The notes under the pieces are model-generated. The model worked only from the letters and a program-made list of their open reading frames with translations, searched no databases and was not told where the DNA came from. DNA of 64,000 nucleotides from Caldicellulosiruptoraceae bacterium PP1. GTDB lineage: Bacteria; Bacillota; Thermoanaerobacteria; Caldicellulosiruptorales; Caldicellulosiruptoraceae. Shown piece by piece: positions 58,653 through 64,000 of the stretch. Both the position numbers and the translations under genes were made by a program. The DNA lies in NCBI GenBank assembly GCA_041320695.1, contig JBGGOQ010000002.1:21618-85617 (forward strand). Direction: 5' to 3'. How positions within the stretch are numbered: position 1 is the stretch's first letter; the number at the start of each line of letters is the position of its first letter.

Positions 58653-61052
58653 ATGATTGAAATGAAAGATGGTAAATTTATTATTGATGGTGAACCAAAG
58701 ATTGTTATTGCAGGTGAGATTCACTATTATCGTCTTAAAAAAGATGAATGGGAGGATAGGATTGTAAAATTAAAAAACGCTGGTTTAAATGCAGTTGCCT
58801 CATACATACCGTGGCTTTGTCATCAATATAAAGAAGATCAACTTGACTTGGAGGGAAAAACCAGACCAGAGCTAAATCTTGCTGAATTTATTGATCTTTG
58901 TAAAAAACATGATCTTTATTTCTTTGCAAGGCCAGGGCCTTTTATTATGGCTGAGATGAAAAACGAAGGTATTCCTTACTGGGTTTATGAAAAATACCCT
59001 GAAATTATTCCGAAAACATGGGATGGCAAAAAAACTTCATCAAAAATGATTGATTATCTATCGCCTAATTTTCTTATTGAAACAGCAAAATGGTATAAAT
59101 CATTATCAGAAATATTAAAACCAAGGCTTTACACAAATGGTGGGAATATTATTGCAATTCAATTAGATAATGAAGTAGGAATGTTGCAGTGGGTTAGCAA
59201 TAATCCTATATTTACTGATAATTCAGTACAAAGATTTATAACTTGGCTTAAATCAAAATATAGTTCGGATGAATTAAGTGAGAGATATCCATTTGATATC
59301 GATAATATTGATCTATGCAAAAAGTATTTCATATCACCTCAAGAAAGCTTTGTATTATCATTTATAAACGACTTTGGTTATTTTATGAGAGACTGTTACA
59401 CAGAATACATTTACAGACTCAAATCAATTTTTGAATCTTTTAATATAAAAAATATTCCTTTTGTTGTAAATATTCATGGAACAAGTAATGGTGGTTGCTA
59501 TACCTTCCCAATAGGCATCAGTCAGCTTTACAAAACTTATTGTTCTTCTAAAGATATATTTGCGGGGACTGATATTTACATAGGTGATTTATCAATAAAC
59601 AAGTATCACCAACTTTATATAATTAATTCCATGATGGAGTCTGTCAATAACAATGAACAAATATTATCTTCTGTTGAATTTGAATGTGGAAGCGGAGATT
59701 ATAACGACTCATATTCTTCAAGATATAGCCCTGCCTCAGCAGATTTAAAAGCCAGATTATGTATTTCACAAGGTTTTAAACTATTTAATTACTACCTATT
59801 TTCTGGAGGATATAATTATAGATTAAATCCAGAGCCATACGACGGAAATGGTAGAATTGCCTTTACAGGTGAAAGGCATGGATTTGCTGCACCTATAAAT
59901 CCTGAAGGTAAACTAAGTTATTCTTATTATAGAACCTCAGAATCGGTAAAAACAATACTTTCACTTCAAAAGCTAATATCAGAGGCTCAGCAAGTAAAAG
60001 ATGATATTTATTTAGGATTTATTCCCGATTATTATATGACAGAACATTATTACCCTAATAGTTCAAAGAATATAGAGTTTAAAAACAGTTTAGAAAGAGG
60101 AAGAACATTAGCTTGGGATGGCATATTAAAGGCTTCCCTTATGTTAGGATACAATTTTGGAACAGTTAACATACAAGATGACGAAATAATAAAAGAAAAA
60201 TGTAAATTATTAATTGTTCCTTCTGCAAAGTATATGGCAAAGAAAATACAAGAAAAGCTTAAAGCATTTGTATTAAACAAAGGAAGGTTATTCCTTTATG
60301 GCGAAATACCAATGTTTGATATGGAAGGAAACAGATGCACAATATTGGCTGATTTATTAGAAGTGTATAATATACAGCAATTAGATGATAATAATGATTA
60401 TTTCTTATCTGTTTACCCAGAAAGTTGGGCTTCAAATTTGTATGAATCAAGAACCTTTTTTGTTGAGTGCTATGATATTAATAATGCAGATGTATTTCTA
60501 AGAGAATATGAAACTAAAAAGGCATGTGGTTTTTCAAAAAATGTTGGCAATGGAGAAGTTTATGCAATAACAACAGGTTATATATGTAACTTGGATTTCT
60601 ATAAGATGTTTTTTGAAAGGATAAATGTTTTACCAAAGTACTCTCATAATTGTGAATATTATGGTGTTTATATAACTCCACTAAAAAACCAAAATAATGG
60701 CATATTTTTGAGTGTAATTAATGTTGACAGGTTTAATAAAAGATTTAATCTATTTGAAAACGGTAAAGTAATGTTTGATGGGCATACATTTGACTTAGAA
60801 TCTGAAAGAGGTATTTTCTTACCTATCAATATTGATTTACAGTTTTGTAGAATAGTATATTCAACAGCGGAAATTATTGGATTTAGAGATAACCAAATAA
60901 TCTTTAGAATAGGACAACGCAATGAAAAAATACTTCTAAAAACAGATAGAGAAGTTGAATTAAGTTCAGAATATAAGTTAGAAAAGACTGAAGAAGGTTA
61001 TTTAATAACAACTCAAATTGATAAAGGAGAATTGGTTATTAATCTTAAATAA
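58653..61052 (+). CDS. glycoside hydrolase family 35-like beta-galactosidase (cytoplasmic)
   Basis: N-terminal TIM-barrel region IAGEIHYYRLKKDEWEDRIVKLKNAGLNAVASYIPWLCHQ resembles the GH35 signature (…G.IHY.R.....W.D.L.K.K..GLN...TYV.WN.HE). 799 aa. RBS AAGGAGAAG. Confidence 0.55.
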   Translation: MIEMKDGKFIIDGEPKIVIAGEIHYYRLKKDEWEDRIVKLKNAGLNAVASYIPWLCHQYKEDQLDLEGKTRPELNLAEFIDLCKKHDLYFFARPGPFIMAEMKNEGIPYWVYEKYPEIIPKTWDGKKTSSKMIDYLSPNFLIETAKWYKSLSEILKPRLYTNGGNIIAIQLDNEVGMLQWVSNNPIFTDNSVQRFITWLKSKYSSDELSERYPFDIDNIDLCKKYFISPQESFVLSFINDFGYFMRDCYTEYIYRLKSIFESFNIKNIPFVVNIHGTSNGGCYTFPIGISQLYKTYCSSKDIFAGTDIYIGDLSINKYHQLYIINSMMESVNNNEQILSSVEFECGSGDYNDSYSSRYSPASADLKARLCISQGFKLFNYYLFSGGYNYRLNPEPYDGNGRIAFTGERHGFAAPINPEGKLSYSYYRTSESVKTILSLQKLISEAQQVKDDIYLGFIPDYYMTEHYYPNSSKNIEFKNSLERGRTLAWDGILKASLMLGYNFGTVNIQDDEIIKEKCKLLIVPSAKYMAKKIQEKLKAFVLNKGRLFLYGEIPMFDMEGNRCTILADLLEVYNIQQLDDNNDYFLSVYPESWASNLYESRTFFVECYDINNADVFLREYETKKACGFSKNVGNGEVYAITTGYICNLDFYKMFFERINVLPKYSHNCEYYGVYITPLKNQNNGIFLSVINVDRFNKRFNLFENGKVMFDGHTFDLESERGIFLPINIDLQFCRIVYSTAEIIGFRDNQIIFRIGQRNEKILLKTDREVELSSEYKLEKTEEGYLITTQIDKGELVINLK

Positions 61053-61180
61053 TATAACAGAGGGGTTGTCCAAAAAGATAATTGGATAACCCCTTTATTA
61101 AAATATTTAGTCTTTACTATTTGAGTTTTTCTATCAATTACGAAATAAAAATTAAATAATTTTTTTGAAAACTTTTATTA

Positions 61181-62401
61181 TTAATTATCATTTATTTTTC
61201 GTAACCCTGCTAACTCAATACCTTTTTTAACATATTTATTTTTCATAAAAATATCCCATATAAGGCCAGATAAATAATTTTCTATCATAATAATTGTTAT
61301 ACCTTTATCGATACCAATTACATCTGTAGCATACCATTCATTGTCATTTTCAAGATTAAATGAATCTTTAAAGCCATATATACCCCATAACTTAGGGAAA
61401 TTATTATAGAAGTTTTCTAAAGCCGAAATTGACTCATCAGGTGTGAAAACAATAGAACCAGCACTACCACAAGGTGGAACTGTTCCATCATTACCTAAAT
61501 GGATTTCTTCTGAATCCTTAGGAGGTGCTCCATAAGAACCACTGTAGCCGTTTGGACCATCACATGCTGTAAGTCCCCACGAATTTGGACCAAATGTTTT
61601 GAATTTATCCTGATAGTCTATACAGTATTGCCTATTTGAAAGAGTCGCATATTTTGAATTTTCCCACCAATTGACATTCTGATTGTCAACCATATTTCGG
61701 AGATCAAACCAAGCGAAAGAGAACTGATATACAAAAAGCGAACCACCGGGTGAATGGTATATTTCAGGCAAACCATTGTATGATTTTTTGTTCCTTCTAA
61801 ATGTATAAAACATACTTGGATCCACAGGATATGTAGGTGATGCAAAGCCCAAAAAATACATCATAAACTGCTCAGCACACATATCCCAATAACCTTCAAA
61901 GCCTCTTTCTGGTGAGTATCCCATATAAAAATAATTTTTATTAGGATCAGTATACCATTTCCAATTTGTTCTTGCATAAAGAGTTTCAGCTTTTTCTTTT
62001 ATTTCCCCTCCAAAATACTCTCCTGCTGCAATAGCACCGCATAATAATATTGCTGTATCAATTACAGATATTTCACATTTTCCAATTCTCTTGCCAGTAT
62101 TCATGTCTACAAAATGATAATAAAATCCATTTATATTTTCTAAATTATTTAATACGGTATCTAAAGTTTTTGCTGTTCTTTTATATGCAGATTGATAATC
62201 AACATACCCTCTCTCAACACCTATAATATAAGCTGTTAAACTAAAACCAACTGATGCAATGCTAGCTATATTTTGGTGTGTTGGGTATCTGTCTTTTATC
62301 AAACCATATCCTAGGTTGTTTTCATTGGAATTTGCCTCATTCCAGAAAAAATCAAAACTCTTTTTAAGTTCTAACTCTAATAGTTTATTACCCAATAACA
62401 T
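61181..62401 (-). CDS. hypothetical protein, possibly an (alpha/alpha)6-barrel glycoside hydrolase (glucoamylase-like / GH144-like?)
   Basis: 406 aa, cytoplasmic, rich in aromatic residues (…FDFFWNEANSNENNLGYGLIKDRYP…). The family call is a weak impression from memory with no motif proof. Confidence 0.4.
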   Translation of the reverse strand: MLLGNKLLELELKKSFDFFWNEANSNENNLGYGLIKDRYPTHQNIASIASVGFSLTAYIIGVERGYVDYQSAYKRTAKTLDTVLNNLENINGFYYHFVDMNTGKRIGKCEISVIDTAILLCGAIAAGEYFGGEIKEKAETLYARTNWKWYTDPNKNYFYMGYSPERGFEGYWDMCAEQFMMYFLGFASPTYPVDPSMFYTFRRNKKSYNGLPEIYHSPGGSLFVYQFSFAWFDLRNMVDNQNVNWWENSKYATLSNRQYCIDYQDKFKTFGPNSWGLTACDGPNGYSGSYGAPPKDSEEIHLGNDGTVPPCGSAGSIVFTPDESISALENFYNNFPKLWGIYGFKDSFNLENDNEWYATDVIGIDKGITIIMIENYLSGLIWDIFMKNKYVKKGIELAGLRKINDN

Positions 62402-62629
62402 GAAATAACCTCCTCAAGAAAAACTCATAATTAAAAATTTAAGCATAATAATTATTTTTTACTTAGTAAAACAATTTATTATAGAAAGTATACAATATAT
62501 AAAATTAATTTTCAACAAAAATAAATAAAATCGACAAAACAATAATTGCTAAAGCAACAAAAAATTCAATTGTGCAAAATTAACAAAAATATTATATTTT
62601 TATTATTAGTTTTTATAGTTGAAAATGAA

Positions 62630-62677
62630 TACTAAAATGTTTTACTATAAATATTGTAATACTAAAATGTTTTAGTA
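62630..62677. promoter_or_regulatory. two copies of an 18-bp palindromic motif TACTAAAATGTTTTA(G/C)TA spaced 30 bp apart (candidate operator pair)
   Basis: Copy 1 at 62630-62647 (one arm mismatch) and copy 2 at 62660-62677 (perfect arms TACTAAAA/TTTTAGTA), 57-104 bp upstream of the GH94 start. Confidence 0.4.
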
Positions 62678-62733
62678 AATGAAAATTATTAAACATAATT
62701 AACAACTATGATTTTGAAAGGAATGGAAATAGA

Positions 62734-64000
62734 TGTATGACTTTTTAAAAAATAAATATGGTTATTATGATACTGATACACATGAATATGTAATAACAGA
62801 AAAGAATACACCTAAACCATGGATTAATATTATCAGCAACCCTAACTATGGGATATTAATTTCCCAACGTGGTGGTGGCTATTCTTGGTATTTAAATTCG
62901 GTTATTAACAGAATAACAAGATGGCGAATTGACCATTCTGAAGATAATTTAGGAAAGTATTTCTTTATTAGAGAAAAAAACAAGGAATGCATTATTCCTC
63001 TCTTAGGCGGTCCTCATCAGTTTGAATATGACAGATACCAATGCAGACATGGCTTAGGTTATTCAAAATTTTCAATAGAATCACAAGAAACCCATATTGA
63101 TACAACTGTTTTTGTTCCAGTAAATGATTCATGTGAAATATATCTAATTAATATACATAATAATTCTAACCAGTCTAAAGACTATTACTTCTATTCTTAT
63201 ATGGAATGGGCATTAGGAAAATATCCGTATGTAAATCCAGAGTTTGAAAAATTATTTAGCATTGTTGAATATAATAATGAAATCAATGCAGTAATTGCCA
63301 AGAAGCATTTATGGGACCAAAGAAATAAAAAAGGACAGTATATGAATAGGACTTGGGATTTTGTTGCTGGAATAGCTTCTAATATTAAACCGCTTTATTT
63401 TGAATGCGAGAAAGAAAGATTTATAGGTAGATATAGAAACATTACAAATGCAGAGGGTTTATTAAAAGAAAAACTTGAAAATAGTCAAGGTATAAATATA
63501 GATCCTATTACTGCAATGCAATTTGAACTTAATTTAGCACCAAATGAAGGTATTGAACTTGTTTTTGTTATTGGCGTTAAAGAAAATCAAGAAGATCTTG
63601 TAGAATACTTTGAAAAGTATAGAGATATTAATACTTCTAAAGCTGAACTTGAAAAAGTAAAACACTTTTGGCATGAATATCTTTCAAAAGAAGAACTTTT
63701 AACACCAGACCCTTCATTAAATATATTAGCAAACAAATGGCTTAAGTACCAAGCAATATCATGCAGATTATGGGGTAAATCAGCATATTATCAAGACGGT
63801 GGTGCTTTTGGTTATAGAGATCAATTACAAGATAGCCAAGTATATCTTGGATTTGATCCACAAAGCACCAAGAAACAGATTTTACTTCATGCTGGACATC
63901 AATATAAATCTGGTATTGTAAAACATTGGTGGCATCCATTTTCTGAGGATGGTCCTGATTCTCACCATTCTGATGATTTGTTATGGTTAGTATTTGTCAC
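62734..64000 (+). CDS. GH94 glycoside phosphorylase (cellobiose/cellodextrin/beta-1,2-oligoglucan phosphorylase family), 5' partial, runs off the window
   Basis: MYDFLKNKYGYYDTDTHEYVITEKNTPKPWINIISNPNYGILISQRGGGYSWYLNSVINRITRWR... parallels the cellobiose phosphorylase N-terminus (…EYVIT...TP.PW.NYL...S..GGGYSF...RITR.R). No stop before position 64000, so it is absent from the ORF track. Confidence 0.7.

Overview
This is an AT-rich (about 30% GC) Firmicutes-type chromosomal segment with roughly 45 protein genes, dense on both strands. I cannot assign the organism from sequence alone. Contents from left to right follow. (1) A minus-strand MacAB-like efflux operon (HlyD adaptor, ABC ATPase, FtsX permease), plus a decayed fragment of a paralogous permease. 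(2) A YesM/YesN-like two-component system followed by an Lpl-type sugar ABC importer (two permeases and a binding protein). (3) A LacI-family regulator with L-rhamnose catabolic genes (rhamnulokinase, rhamnose isomerase, class II aldolase), a GH78 alpha-L-rhamnosidase and a GH5 hydrolase. (4) A first chemotaxis cluster: CheY, CheA, CheW and a transmembrane MCP. (5) A small secreted protein and a Fic-family gene whose N-terminal third has no canonical start codon. (6) A secreted GH13 amylase with an OmpR/histidine-kinase pair, then an SPFH/flotillin-like protein. (7) An internally deleted copy of the amylase gene that retains the amylase promoter. (8) A 189-aa FimB/FimE-sized tyrosine recombinase bracketed by 37-bp perfect inverted repeats. 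(9) A c-di-GMP-I (GEMM) riboswitch with a terminator expression platform, leading a 9-gene chemosensory operon: a soluble MCP with two signalling domains, a triple-CheW protein, CheB, CheY, two CheC/CheX-like proteins, CheR, CheA, and finally a membrane GGDEF+HD-GYP enzyme. (10) A second c-di-GMP riboswitch with its own terminator and a 59-aa ORF resembling the N-terminus of an HD-GYP protein. (11) addB and addA. (12) A 30-repeat CRISPR array (one degenerate terminal repeat) transcribed on the minus strand, with no cas genes in the window. (13) A ROK-family regulator and xylA. (14) A GH35-like hydrolase, an uncharacterised hydrolase-like protein, and the 5' part of a GH94 phosphorylase. The most interesting candidate is the combination of items 8 to 10: a putative recombinase-invertible segment placed directly upstream of a c-di-GMP riboswitch that gates a chemosensory pathway ending in a c-di-GMP-making and -breaking enzyme.
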